Shown: positions 39,602 through 54,262 of the stretch, piece by piece | Layout of the letters: each line of letters opens with the position of its first letter | Position numbering within the stretch: position 1 is the stretch's first letter | Origin: Octopus vulgaris | Taxonomy: Eukaryota | Length of the DNA: 64,000 nucleotides | NCBI GenBank assembly: GCA_951406725.2 | Contig: OX597816.1 | Location: 55,490,001-55,554,000 of the forward strand | Reading direction: 5' to 3' | Made by a program: the position numbers and the translations under genes | Notes under the pieces: model-generated | What the model saw: only the letters and a program-made list of their open reading frames with translations | Databases searched by the model: none | What the model was told of the DNA's origin: nothing

Positions 39602-39790
39602 AGGGAGAGTTCACGAAAAAAAACAAAAGACGGAGTCAGGTAGTGTACAAAACAAAACAGATGTATTAGTATAACGCTCAGGAATAGAAAAAAGTCTTTT
39701 ACGTTTCGAGCCTACGCTCTTCTACAGAAAGGGACACAGAACAAACAAGGAGAGAAAAAAATGTGTGTAGTGGCTATAGCAGTGAACATC
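39602..39790 (-). mobile_element. Family H1 terminal fragment with hammerhead motif (39694-39735)
   Basis: CTTT-CTGTAGA-A-GAGC(GTAG)GCTC-GAA-ACGT-A-AAAG. Confidence 0.65.
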
Positions 39791-39794
39791 ATGA

Positions 39795-40440
39795 AGCAGT
39801 ATGTTGAATGATGTCAATGTGTTTGCTTCGCATGTTGTGAAACTTTTGGTTTTGCTCGTTGGAGGACAATGAATGTCATCGCTGATGTTGTTGGTCTGTC
39901 GTATGTGTCCGTGCAGGCAATCAGAACGTCTCAATTGAAAATGCGGTGTGTCTCCGCCAATGTTGTCCCCCGCTGCTGACTACTGAGCAGAAATAACATC
40001 GCCTTGAAGTTTGACAAGTTCTCCTTTATGTCGAAGATCATCCAAGGTGACGAGATTTGGGTCTACGGGTACGATACGGATACTAAGATAGTAGTTGTCA
40101 CAATGAAAGAGGTCTTCATTTCCACGACCAAAAAGGCACTACAGAGCTGCAACCCAATCAAGAGCATGATCATCACTTTTTGCGACAACCACGGTTTTGT
40201 GGATCGAGAATTCGTCCTCCAGGTCCAGACCATCAATCGAGAATTTTTGAAGCGTTTGCGGAAGGACATTCGGATCTGCAGATCGCGAAGAATTGGAATT
40301 TTCACGAGGACAATGCAGCGTCATTGAGCTCTCCTCAATCGTGACTTTCTCACCAGAAACAACTTGACATCATTCCTCTATTACCCTCTTTCATCACCAT
40401 ACTTGGGACATGCAGACTTCCATCTCTTCCCGAAAATATA
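39795..40440 (+). pseudogene. Mariner transposase remnant
   Basis: FMSKIIQGDEIWVYGYD, HEDNA and a decayed ...ADFHLFP (YSPDLAP.D region). Confidence 0.8.
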
Positions 40441-40473
40441 ACTCGTCTCGTAACAACTCGTATATACATACAT

Positions 40474-40519
<46 letters not shown>

Positions 40520-40560
40520 AATATATATATACATATATTATATTAAATTAGAGATAAAAC

Positions 40561-40823
40561 ATTGGTCGGCCTGAGGCTATAGTAGAAGACACTTGGCCAA
40601 GATGCCACGCAGTGGGACTGAACCCGGAACCATGTGGTTGGTTAGCAAGCTACTTACCACACAGCCACTCCTGCGCCTATATATACATACATATATAATC
40701 ACACACATACACACGTCACACACACACATTTTATTTTACTATAAAATTGGATTCAATCCTAAATCTGATTTTTCCCTGTAAGTTTGGATTTATTCCCTAA
40801 TATTTTATTATATATACACACAC

Positions 40824-40857
<34 letters not shown>

Positions 40858-41076
40858 ATGTGTGTGTGTGTGACGTGTGTATGTGTGTGATTATGTATGT
40901 ATATATAGGCGCAGGAGTGGCTGTGTGGTAAGAAGCTTGCTAACCAACCACATGGTTCCGGGTTCAGTCCCACTGCGTGGCATCTTGGGCAAGTGTCTTC
41001 TGCTATAGCCCCGGCACGACCCGACCAATGCCTTGTGATTGGATTTGGTAGACGGAAACTGAAAGAAGCCTGTCGT
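40561..41076. mobile_element. Head-to-head S1 SINE fragments with shared flank (inverted duplication)
   Basis: 40561-40729 is the reverse complement of ~40858-41030, including the non-SINE sequence AATCACACACATACACACGTCACACAC. Confidence 0.8.
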
Positions 41077-41625
41077 ATATATGTATATATATATATATAT
41101 ATATGTATATATTTCGTAATATACGCACATGTTTTTATGTGATACTAATAGTTTCATATATTGAGAAATACCTGAATCATATTTTACTTTTTTAGATTTT
41201 TAACTTTCATCTTTTCGTTTTCCGGTTTTCCGGTATTTAATCTTCCACGTTTTCTATATGCTTTCTTCTCAATTACTCATGTTTCTTCTCTCATTCAAGT
41301 TTTAGTTCGTCATATGTGGTTTGTGCCTAATGAATATGTTTGAGATATTTCTCGACATCATTAGCACTAGTAGCACAGGAAAGGACAATTGTTAGTTTTT
41401 ATATATTTATATACACGTAGTTGTACATTTAGCTTTATAGCTTCCAAAATTGCGGTTCAATTTGTCAGTGAGCAGTTTAGCTTAGCCGTGAAGGGATGTG
41501 GGATCGAGTCCCATGGCGGTTTGTTGACAAACTTTTCCGCTTTTTAAAGGTAATCTACCCATCATTTCTACTGTTCTGACTGCGTTTCCGTGTCTGTAAA
41601 TAAATTACCATCTTATTTGTATATT

Positions 41626-41675
<50 letters not shown>

Positions 41676-42899
41676 TATATATTTATATATATATATACAG
41701 AATTGTCCGGATATTATGACCGACAGCCACATTGCGTTATTTGTTTCTTTCTTAAGGGCAGAATCGACACACGAGGAGTATGAAGTAGACAAATCTTTAT
41801 AAACATGCTTTCGGCCATTTGCTGGTGAACAACGCTGCAGTTTCCGTCTACCAAATTCAGTCACTAATCTGTGGTTGGCCTAGGGCTATAGTAGAAAACA
41901 TTAGCCCAAGGTACCATGCTGAGGAACTGAACGTGGAACCATGTGGTTGAGAAGCAAACTTCTAAACCACACAGTCATTGTTGGCCCTTATAAGTGTGTG
42001 TGTATGTGTGTTTACATTTGTTGTTAAATCGAGTATTTTGTCTCACTATGTCTCAAAGTCAGCAATTCATCAAATAGAGAATATATATAAAATAAATGTC
42101 GGATTGAAAGACGTACAGATGTCAGTATGATCAATTAAAGTTTTGAAGGTGATGCCCCATCATGGTGATCGTCGAAAGACTAAACCCAATAAAATAATTT
42201 TTAAAGACTTAATGGCTTCAAATTTAATGTAATCTATTACTAACCACAACATAATGAGTTCGAAACTTCGTATTGAGCTTCCACTCTATACGATAACACT
42301 ATATGTACATCTCAGTCTACTTGACATCAAACAGTTAACAATTGTAGTTTGAAGTTGAATGGTTAGCAGTAACAAATATGTCCAGATTTCTTAAGGAATT
42401 ATTGTGTAAAATATTCTGAGAAAAAGTATTTTTGTCACCACAACAAAACACATACACACACAGCACAGAGGTGTCTCCGTGGTATCTTGAGCTAATACAA
42501 ATAGCAGCCAAATCTTTCTTAAAATACAGATCGAAATATGCGATCGTTCTACTACATCAGAGGCGACTCTGGATTAAACAAAACGTTGACAAACTTGCTT
42601 CACATTAAAAGGTTATCTACTAAATAATACTAATAAAGTTGACGTTATGTCTTCCAAGTTACATTCCCTGGTGAAACTCCATGCAGTTTAAAACTGTTCA
42701 TGGAGAGTTGCTTCCCTTTAGCTAAAAACCTCACAATTGTGCGATCCTAGGGCGTTTTCGAGATATTTGTAGTAGAAAGGAGTTGTGCAAAAGGCATACT
42801 TTATTTAGTAGCCGAAAAATTATTGAATCTTATAATGCCCCGTACGTCAAAATCGGCAACTTAGGTTTCAAATCCATAAGGAATATACGCACACACGCA

Positions 42900-42973
<74 letters not shown>

Positions 42974-43125
42974 TACACACACACACACTGTGATATTTTA
43001 TAAAATATATAGATATCTATTACGCACAAATAAAGAATATTTATCCATCAATGCGGTGTTTGGCACTCATTCTCATTGTTCGGCATTTACGTATATGTGT
43101 GTATATATATGTGTGTGTATGTGTG

Positions 43126-43164
<39 letters not shown>

Positions 43165-43559
43165 TTCATTCAAAATCTTACATTCCGTCAATGCAAATCC
43201 TTACATGACAAAAAGTAATGTTGACTGGACAAGATCTGATCTTAAACTGCAAAGAGGATGAATAAACACTGAAAGCCCTGTCTAGCCAGCGAGCTAATAA
43301 CTCTCGGAATTTGAAGTCTAAAAACCAGTAAATGTTGGAATATTTGAAGTTGGGCAATATTCTTCTACCGAATTTTATTGTGACTTCAAAAACTCTCAAA
43401 AGCTTTCTTTCTTATATCCTTTGGATAGATATTAAATAGAGAAGACAACGGATATCTCCTTGTCGTGCACTAGCCTCTATCAGACAATTCCGTGAAGTCC
43501 ACTTCATTTCTGACAGTTGCTGTTTGCTGAGAATACAGTGATTTAATAATTCTATAAAA

Positions 43560-43900
43560 CATACAGGAAATACTATTCTAGCTATCACTGACCATAATTT
43601 GTCATGAACAGCTTCGTCAAAAGCGTTTGTGATAATAAAAACGCAATGAATAATTCTTCATCATATTCTCTACTTTTCTGAATAACCGTCTTTAGGTTAA
43701 GAATAACATCCCTCATTTCATTTCTACTTCTAAACCAAACTGTTTCGCAGCTATTTTCATTCATTTTTGACTTCAGTTCTGTCAGCAATGATTTTTCAGA
43801 ATTTTTTCCCATGATTTATCAGCGCCAGTATTCTGTTGTTCCCCCACTACATTATGTTTGCTTTTTTGGCAAGGAGATAAAAATTGATTTACTCCGCTCA
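43560..43900 (-). pseudogene. LINE RT fragment (RTE/L2-like)
   Basis: DVILNLKTVIQKSREYDEELFIAF resembles the RT domain 2a-3 region. Confidence 0.55.
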
Positions 43901-44799
43901 TTTGGCCATAAATTTCAGTTTCAGATATTTCTTGTTCACAGACACTCTTATAATTTCAAACGGGTCTCTTAGCCATTTTTTTCAACGTTCTGTTGCTATT
44001 TTATCCAAAACGACACTTGATTTTTTTAATATTTTCACTTCAGATTTTTCTCTCTCTATTCTCTCTATTTACTCTACATCTTATGTGTTGTTGTGTTGCA
44101 TTTAAGTGCTTGTATAGTGTGTATTCTGTGTATGTGATGTGTTCATGTGTTTTGCTTTATATTTTCCAATCGTTTGAATTCGGTTTGGTTCTGCTAGAAA
44201 CAAGACCTCTGGTGATTGAGTAGTCCTATTCTTTTGAGCCAGATGATTAGTGCAGAGTTGGAGGAATTATACAAGTATGCCTGGATAAGAGTGAGAAGAT
44301 TTAATTCGAAAATAGCAAATTGATCAGAGGATTTAGAAATATTATGTTTTCTACTGTTAATCGTTCTGTTTGATATAATTTCGAAACCTGATGGTAAATA
44401 CACAGCTTTTAAGTTAGCACTAACCAGTAATTTGTTCTCATTAAATAACATAAGTGGATGTCCAGGGGAAAAAGATCATGGAATACAGTGAATTAGATAT
44501 GTATATTAAATGCAGCGCTGGAGGGGCTGATTCCACGGAGAGTATAAGACAACGAATAAAACATTCAAGAGAGAAACTGCTAACAGAATGAAGGTACAGA
44601 TCGGTTGTAGAGAGGAAGAATTTTAAGTAAATCGGGGATGTGGCTTAGCATAAACAGAACTTTGCATTTGCACCATACTTTAAATATACCGTATCAAAAG
44701 AATATATCGAGGACAGATGTACAGAACCGAGAATAACTGGGAAGGGTTGTGACTGTGGTCTACATTGTTACATTACATAGTTTATACAAGTACAGAAAC

Positions 44800-46160
44800 C
44801 AAATTGAATTCGGGAGCGTCTTATTAACCTACGCCAGGAAACACTTTGATGCCTAATCAATAGAAGCAGCCAGCTGACATAAGTAGAGACAAATTGAATA
44901 CTCAGAAATGAAGTCACTCACATAATTAAGAATTAGAAGCCAATTAAACGAAATAGAATCACCGGCAATTTACACGAATGAATAATCAAAGAACATGATT
45001 ATATTAAATCATAAAACCTATCTCTTTTATATTTTGAATTTAAATCAAAATTGAAAATTTTCATCCTTATGTTATAATGAAGCGAAGGGAAAGTTTAAAA
45101 CGGCAAAAACAACTATGAAACATACAAAAATATATGAATGATGCATTAAGAAGTTTCCAAGTAAGAAAAAATATGTAAGCCATTGTTTTGTAAATCTTTT
45201 AATGGAAAGACAGTATGTGCTTAGTAAATCATTTCAGAGGAAAGTGAGTAAACAGATTAAAATACACCAGTCACCTAAATATAGCTGCCAAATTGTATAA
45301 TCATAGTGAAGCAGTTATAGATATAATTGTTTTATTTTTCATACTGCGATAGCATATTCTGGATCAACACTTTGAGTTTAAAAACTTAATTCACTACATA
45401 AATCACAGTATCCAATTCACAGAAAAATACAGGCAGAAACAATTACCGTCTTTCGATATCCTTATCCTAAAAAGAGAAACTGACATTGAAACGAAAATTT
45501 TTGCTCAAAACAATATCTACTCTTTCCTTCCTGCCATTCGAAACAGACAAAAATCAGAATAACTTGGCAACAAGAATTTACACAATTTTATCCAATGCCG
45601 AAACCTGAAGACATATTGATTAAAATAAAATATCTGGTGAACTTAATCAATAACTGAACAAAACGTGTAAAAGACGATAGACATCCAAGAATTATAAAAA
45701 ACACGAAAATGTCCTGATAGACATACAACTTTATTTTATGCATCAAAATGCAATCCACGAAACATGGAATCATATATCTCCATGAGAACATAACCCTTCT
45801 GGTGAACCATGTAGGAATGAAAAACAAAAATCTCGTAACACATAAAATTATCAAAACTAAATGACAAACTAAACCTCTAGAAAGGCTACATATTAGCGCC
45901 AATTTACCCACCAAAAATACAAGCCCAACAGGCAAAAAAGATAACCATCCTAATTACGGAATCTGCATCAATCTCATGGTTGCTTATAGATACGAATTCA
46001 CGTCAGGGCAACCATTCACCATTTACTGTTGTAGAAATTTATTTATGTTGTTTCAAATATAAGCACTGACAAAAAAAAATTATGGACAATAATATGTCCT
46101 CTGCATACTCCGATATTCAGTAACTGATGATTTTATCGTGTGATAATTGAATATTCTTTG
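44800..46160 (+). pseudogene. Highly degenerate Penelope-like element
   Basis: LNSLH..IQFT..KQLP.FDILI..KRETDIET (45380-45500), a Cys-linker remnant near 45960, and CTGATGA + hairpin + GAA at 46124-46151. Confidence 0.55.
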
Positions 46161-48472
46161 AAATTGAAAAGCAAATCTTTTCAAAGGAAGATGAACTCAT
46201 GCCTTAAATGGATAAAGGTATCTCATACCAAGAACAACCACTGACCAGTCCCTGCGTCGACTTTAGAATCGGAATCTCTTGGCCTGTCCTAGCTCGCTGT
46301 CCTACCTTGCTGTTCGTACTAAAACGCATAAAGTGTGGTAAAATTTATTCCTAAATTCGAAATTAGAACTTAAATATCTTGCGAGCATTTCTCTCACATA
46401 ATATCAACACTTCCAGCGTGTAACAGATCAAGTACTGTCCGGTTACAAAGGATCACTCTGGATATCCACAAATATGAAAAAATAGAGAAATCATTAGCAG
46501 AATGCCCACGAATGAACCTCGATGCTTCACAATGGAAGGTAGAACAATGATAAAGAAAGCATCCGCGCCCGGAGAAATTCACTGCTTTTCTGACAGTGAC
46601 ATTTGACCTAGACGAATTTTGTGAGGCCAGTCTGGAATAACATGAATTTGGGATAGAAGAGCAGCGGATCGGAGGCATATGCGGTTGACCTAAATTCGGT
46701 TAAATGACACATTTATGGTCAACTTCAACCAAGAGCTAACTGCTTTTGATAAATAGATCAGGGCATTAAGAGTTTTCATGAAAAATTAGATCTGTGTGAC
46801 TTAGATAAGTGCTTGCTCACTTTCAGCAATCCATAATTCAATAATTTATCCTGATGGTGCAAATAGGCAAGGTTAATAATCATGTGCCACATATTCCAGA
46901 GAATCGCGCAAAGCTGGTGTTAGTCACATGACACTGAGATTGCCGCAAGTAATTTTGTTATCCGAGGAGAGTGTCTTCATTATGATAACTCCTAGAAAGA
47001 TAAGAGAGCGCCCTGCATGTAACCACACTCATTGAACCTACATCTTGACTATATCATAAATTGAACTGAACTGGAATGATTTATACATTATAAGGGTGAT
47101 GAGGATGACAATGTGTAACACAAGATGTCCCCAAACGTTCCGTTCAACAATAAGCTTTAGACTAATCTACAAGCAGAACTTAAACGGACATCAAGAGAGT
47201 TTTTTCACTCAACTAAAGTAAGCCGATAGATCAGAATATTTCTAAGCGGGAAAAGACAAACATTTGACTGGAAAACGTAACACCATACACTATGTATGTG
47301 CGATTGGATGACACCTGGCTACAGGAATTAATTAGTCACAGCCAGGTCTGTTCAAATGGTGCCAAGGGTGGTTGGCTTCTTAGAATTATATCAGAATAAT
47401 GGAGGAAACAAAGTCGAAAGATCATAGAGAGACATTTTGTTTATTTGACCGATTTGATTGAAATGAAATAAGATTGGAAAAGTGAGAGACGTGAGCATAG
47501 ATCTGTGAGTAGCATATACGGTTGAGAAGAAAATGAGAGATGAAGAGGACAACAATGACGATGATAATGATGATGAGGATGACGATGACGACGACGACGA
47601 CGACGATGATGATGATGATGATGTTTGATGACGATGATGATGAGCAGCAGGAGAAGGAAGAGCATATTTTTCCAAGAGAGATGTATGCTACCGTTGTTTA
47701 AATCTCGATTGTTATGTTGGAAGCTGCCTTCATCAAAGGAAGGCCAATCTTACTTGTTCCAAGAGCTTTTTCTTACTTTCCATTATTGATGCACGATACG
47801 TGAGATACATTTTTCTTTCTTTCTGTTTCTCTCCTAATACAAGATATTCTCATTTATGTCTGCTTCCTTGAATCTCAACATTGTTTGCTTCGTCAAATCC
47901 ATCTTTTTACTCCCCCAAACTCTTTCCCCCTACGTATGTCTTTGAACATCTTTCATCATTTTACCATTGCCTATCTTTCAACATTCTTCTTCTTCATTCT
48001 ATCAAACTTATTCTCTCCTAACTTAACAGTGATTATCTTTCAATTTCTTTCAAATTATTCCATAAAACTTATCTATTTGTCTACCTACCCACGTATTGTT
48101 TGCCATTCTCTATTTTCCTGTTTCCTTTACTTCCGACTACAGCCGTCAATATTACTTCCTTCCCGAAAATAATACATATGTGAAACAAATCATGCTTTTC
48201 CTTCATCTGAAGGTTAATAAAGACAAAGAAACCCCAGAAATATTTCATTTCAGAACATTAAGTGCAATGCACAAGCAATTTTAAAGGAGGTCATTGTATA
48301 CGGCAACTAGCAGACACAAACACTCACACACATAGACATACACATACACACGCACGCATAAACACATACACATGCATATATACATATGTACGCACACAGA
48401 CAAGTACATTTATTCTACATATTGGAAAGAACACACGCATACATGCGCATATATATATATATAAAAAAATAA

Positions 48473-48860
<388 letters not shown>

Positions 48861-48918
48861 GTAATGAGATAAATAAAAAACAAGGTTGTGTAGATTTTAG
48901 AACATTTATAGAAAGATG

Positions 48919-48966
48919 GTCTTACAGCTGTTTCCAGGATATTTATTATATCCGTTCATCGGAAAC
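48919..48966 (-). ncRNA. Putative minimal hammerhead ribozyme, family H4
   Basis: GTTT-CCGATGA-A-CGGATAT(AATAA)ATATCC(T)G-GAA-ACAGCTGT-A-AGAC, then a ~60-nt tail into (TA)n. Confidence 0.65.
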
Positions 48967-49344
48967 GGCGTGAAAGGATGGTTAAGAAATATTTGATTTA
49001 GATAAGATATAAAATAGAGTGTGAGGTGCAGGAAATGAAAGACAATAGTTGTGAGATATGTAGGATATTGCATTTGTAGATCCATTTTTTTAGGCAGAAT
49101 GGCATACATATAATATTCCAATACCTTATGAATAAAATCCAATAGTATTTAAAATGGGTCATACAAGGGTTATACAAGTGTTTTATTTAAAGTGACCGCA
49201 AAATAGGAGTGTATTAATAGGGACAAATCGAAACAGGAAGAGGGGAATGAAGAAAGAGAAAATGAAGAGAAAAAAGAGAAGAAAGTAAGAAGAAAAATAA
49301 TATAATAATATATTCATATATATCATATATATTATTTTATAATA

Positions 49345-49394
<50 letters not shown>

Positions 49395-49742
49395 GGCATT
49401 TATTTAAGCTTAATGCTTCTGGGGATCATGGTGCAATAAGGAAAATAGTCAGTTGATGGGGCATTTATGCCCTTGAGGGTTTATATGCCTCATTTGTAGA
49501 ATATTTTTCGTAGTCCTTGCACGGTGATTGCTATAAGCTTTAAGCTTATATAGATTCCTTTATTATAATTTATATGTTTGCAAAACACGGCACCGCGTAA
49601 GAAAATCATTCGCACCAAAAGCATATACATATACATACATACATATATATGTATACATGCATATATATAGACAAGAACTATATATGTGGTCTTCAATTAT
49701 ACTTTATTATTACCATTATTATTATTATTATTATCATTATTA

Positions 49743-49830
<88 letters not shown>

Positions 49831-49870
49831 CATTATTATTATTATAATAATAATTATTATTATTATTATT

Positions 49871-49990
49871 CAGTAGCCTTATTTTTATAGCGTGCTTTCA
49901 CTTCACTACCGAGCGCAGCTCTGTGTGCCTTAGGTATGTGCTGTGATTTGTTGTGATGGTTATTTTATAGAAAGTGTTCTGCGTAGGATC
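49871..49990 (-). mobile_element. 3' end of Dong subfamily B between (ATT)n and (TTC)n
   Basis: ILRRTLSIK* plus a UTR matching 19040-19155. Confidence 0.8.
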
Positions 49991-50010
49991 TTCTTCTTCT
50001 TCTTCTTCTT

Positions 50011-50108
<98 letters not shown>

Positions 50109-50239
50109 CTAAGACGTCGCTCAATATCCAATATCGAGAGGTTATTGTTTGAAGATATTGTTTATACCGGGGATTTGTATTGTCTGTCAAGTCACAATGC
50201 GTAACTCAGACAGACAGTACTTTATGCAAAGGTTTCTAG

Positions 50240-50760
50240 ATGTTAAAGGGAATATCGAGTCCTCCAGGAAAATTCCTTTGATATTGACTTTCCCTCCTCA
50301 GACTGTGTCACCTGAGTAGAGATCTACTTTCCATTTCTTCATGCTAAAACTAATTAATTCTCATATGTCGTCTGCTATACGGAATATATACGGATGGCTA
50401 CTTTCACTTAGCCATCAGCGCCGGATCATGTCATTGGTTTTCTGTCCATGGTCTGTCCATGGTATTGTTATATCGTTGTTCCTAGATTTTTCTTAATTTA
50501 GAACTGCTTTGTCTATGTATAATTGACCATGCGTTCTCTAGTCTTGCTATAATCTTTATGTTCTTCTGGCAGTAAAATTTGGTTGACTGGGTGCTCTTAA
50601 ATGTTTTTTGAAAGCATTCCTGTTAACATATTCCACACTAATATTAAGCAAGTGAGTGGTCTATAGCTTCTAGCTGCATTACCCTTGCTTTAATCTTTTA
50701 TAAGGTGTATTGTTCTCCCTCTAGTCATACAATCTTGTCTTATTCCTCAATTAAAGACAT
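50240..50760 (-). pseudogene. Very decayed R4/Dong-type RT fragment
   Basis: WKVDLYSG...VNIKGIFLEDSIFP resembles GIFQGDSLSP. Confidence 0.5.
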
Positions 50761-50869
50761 CCAGAAGTTATTCCTTCATCCTCCCATATAAAATACTAAA
50801 TTTCTTTATCTAGTACACTTGAAGTAAATCTGGTTCTGGGCCCTTCCAATTCAGCATCAGTAGGTTAAA

Positions 50870-52150
50870 TATTGCAGCCCATATTTGTCCCATGTACTTC
50901 TCAAGATATTTACCCAATGTTCCCAGGGCTTCCACAATCATTGGTACTGCTACCACCTTTTTCAGCGATCACAACTGCTTAAACACCCAAGGTAACCTGT
51001 CATATCTATCAACTATTCTTTCTTCCTTATCGCATACCTGGTTGTCAGCTGGGCATGCTATATTTATGATCCAACATCGTTTGCTTCATTTCAATTAACA
51101 CTATGTCTGATTTCCTACTCTCTATCTGATGGTCACACTAAATCATAACATCCCATAGGGTCTTTGCATTAAAATTTTCGATGATGACTTCGGGTTTGTG
51201 TTTGTACCACTTTTTTTGCTATGTCAAGTACACACTTGTTGCAAAGTGTCCAATGGACAAGCCATGCTACATGACGTCTCTTATATTCTTTCTGAGCCAA
51301 TGGCGTACATTGACTGGTAATATGCCATACGGTTTCACCATTTTGTCCACAAATTCTGCACTTATCACTTTCGACTGTGTTGTCTATTCTGTATTCGAAG
51401 TAATTGCTTCTTAATGCTTGCTCTTGGGCATCACAAATTAGAGCCTCCGTTTCTGGTTTTAAATAAATTTTGGTCATCCATAGACATCTTTTATCTCTGT
51501 CGATCTTATCTTCAACATCCTTATGGAATTGTCCATGCATTCTTTTCTTTATCCACCTATTTTTACTTTCAATCATTTGTATGTGCTTGTACAGTTCTTT
51601 ATCTTCGCAGTCGTTCGTTCTACACAAGCCTCACCTTCTTACTTCCAATAATATTGGTTCTGTGACATTTTTATATACCATGCTATTTTGTTTTCTTCTG
51701 CTCTAATGTTGTGTTCGCATCCAATCAGTCCTCTTCCCCTCTTTTTTCTTGGTATATATAGTCTATCTGTGTCACTTTTGGGGTGGAGTATCCCATATCT
51801 AGTCAGCAACTTTCTTGTCTTTCTGTCTAAGCTGTTTAGTTCGTTTACACTCCATGCGATTATGCCTGCTCCATATCTAAGGTGAGAAACCGGCTAGGTG
51901 TTGATAACTTCAATCAACGTAAGTATCATTCTAGGTCTGCGCAAGAACTCCACCTTAAACTTTTCTGTCGTTTCTTTTTCCATCAATTTATCCATTTCCA
52001 ATATCCCCAAGTACTTATAGTCCGTCTCTTCTATCTGCTTCATAACCTGTCCCGACGGTATCGCTAGCCCGTCCATACATTCGATTTTTCCTCCCTTCAA
52101 GACTAATACACTACACTATTTCAGTCCGAACTCCATTCTGATATCAGCAC
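50870..52150 (-). mobile_element. Degenerate R4/Dong-type element (thumb, CCHC, RLE), subfamily C
   Basis: YKYLGILE, MHGQF, LKPETEALICDAQEQAL, CRICGQNGETVWHITSQC, YKRRH. The 5' end abuts an (ATT/ATC)n array. Confidence 0.85.
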
Positions 52151-52160
52151 CGATATCTGA

Positions 52161-52293
<133 letters not shown>

Positions 52294-52308
52294 TTTTATT
52301 ATTATTAT

Positions 52309-52525
52309 ATGTTTGACTTTTGCTTTACATTTGTACAAGTTGTCTCCAAGTCTCACCCAGAGACCTCAAGAGACAACAAGTTGTAAGTTCATGTTAGTGT
52401 TATGCCTATGATGCCATATATTTGGTTTTGCACTTAGTGTTGTATTAGTGAATGTCTAAAAAACCATACGAAAATCATGTTTTGTTTTAAAACTTGAGAT
52501 TACATAGAAAGTATTTTGCGTAGGT
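52309..52525 (-). mobile_element. 3' end of Dong subfamily A (older copy)
   Basis: CTACGCAAAATACTTTCTATGTAA plus UTR to AAAGTCAAACAT, with AAT arrays on both sides. Confidence 0.85.
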
Positions 52526-52535
52526 ATCTGAGTTA

Positions 52536-52578
<43 letters not shown>

Positions 52579-52719
52579 TGTAGGATTCATTTGATTCAAA
52601 GTTTTTCAATATTATGGACACCAAATTAGGGTCGAGAAGAGCCTGTCCCTGCCTGTAATAAACGCAGACATTGCCACATTTATCAATACAAACACGGACG
52701 TATTCATACATTTACATAT

Positions 52720-53122
52720 ACTTATCTTGGCACTTCGTCGGTTACGACGCCGAGGATTCCAGTTGATCCAAACAATTGCACAGCCTGCTCGTGAAATTAA
52801 CGTGCAAATGGCTCGTGAAAGTAACGTACATGCTCGTGAAATTAACGTACACAGACACGTGTACCCTTAACGTAGTTCTTGGGGAGATTCAGCGTGACAC
52901 AGAGTGTGACAAGGCTGGCCCTTTGAAATACAGGCAGAACGGAAACAGGAAGAAAAAGTAAGAGAAAAAGTACAGCATGGTTCGCCACCACCCGCTGCCG
53001 GAGCCTCGTGGAGCTTTTGGTTATTTTGCTCAGTAAACTCTCACAACGCCCAGTCTTGGGATCGAAAGTGCGATCCTACGGCCGCGAGTCCGCTGCCTTA
53101 ACCATTGTGCCATTGCGCCTCC
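52720..53122 (-). mobile_element. SINE family S3
   Basis: Head matches 5040-5140. Internal triplicated GCTCGTGAAATTAACGT. Confidence 0.75.
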
Positions 53123-53261
53123 ACTCATACACTTGTACATGAGCGCATCAATATATATGTAACATATGAACGCGCATCAACTGTCATTTATTTTTTTTAC
53201 TAATTCATTCAAATTCATCCAAAGTTTTTCTTTTAAATAATTTCAGTACGTTTATTGATCA

Positions 53262-53589
53262 ATGGCTCAGTGGTTAGAGCGTCGAGCTTACGATCGTGAG
53301 GTTGTGAGTTCGAATCCCGGACCGGGCTGCGTGTTGTGTTCTCGAGCAAGGCACTTTATTTCACGTTGCTCCAGTTCACTCAGCTGTAGAAATGAGTTGC
53401 GACGTCACTGGTGCCAAACTGTATCGACCTTTGTCTTTCCCTTGTATAACACTGGTGGCGTGGAGAGGGGAGGCTGGCATGCATGGGTGAATGCTGGCCT
53501 TCCATAAACAACCTTGCCCGGACTTGTGTCTAGGAGGGTAACTTTCTAGGTGCAATCCCATGGTCATTCATGACCGAAGGGGGTCTTTA
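53262..53589 (+). mobile_element. SINE family S4
   Basis: Matches 27907-28200. Confidence 0.85.
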
Positions 53590-53969
53590 TTGATCAAATT
53601 TATTATGAACTTGACAGGCTAGAGTTAAAAATATATAGCCTACTGTCACGCGCGAAGTCTTATATGGTCGTTATTATTTCACAGAGGACCCTTTCCCATT
53701 TTTTTCATATTATGTAGAGTCGTTACGTAATTATAAAATTGTCTCAGAAGACACGGAAACATAAGGAACTACCAACGTCTCATCAATAGATTGTATTGAT
53801 TTTGCTTACAAACCAACACGCACACATGCTTATATGCACAAGTAGAACCACACATAAGATGGACACACTGACACACATACACAAAGAAATATATATATAG
53901 ACATGTATAAGCATACATACATGCGCGCGCACACACACACACATGTGTGTGTATATGTATATGTATATC

Positions 53970-54135
53970 TCTTTCTCTTTTACTCTTTTACTTATTTCAG
54001 TCATTTGACTGCGGCCATGCTGGAGCACCGCCTTTAGTCGAGCAAATCGACCCCGGGACTTATTCTTTGTAAGCCCAGTACTTATTCTATCAGTCTCTTT
54101 TGCCGAACCGCTAAGTGACGGGGACGTAAACACAT
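53970..54135 (-). mobile_element. SINE S1 3' half
   Basis: Similarity to S1. Confidence 0.85.
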
Positions 54136-54202
54136 CTATTCATTTATATGTATATATGTGTATCTCTTTCCCCCTCTCTCTCTCTCTATATATATATATA
54201 TA

Positions 54203-54262
<60 letters not shown>

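Noticed and set aside
46200-47370. Possible decayed LINE coding sequence
   Set aside because: No diagnostic motif could be read with confidence.
53262-53335. tRNA-like sequences (also 27907, 36770, 48640)
   Set aside because: These are SINE heads that continue into SINE bodies and lack a proper acceptor stem.
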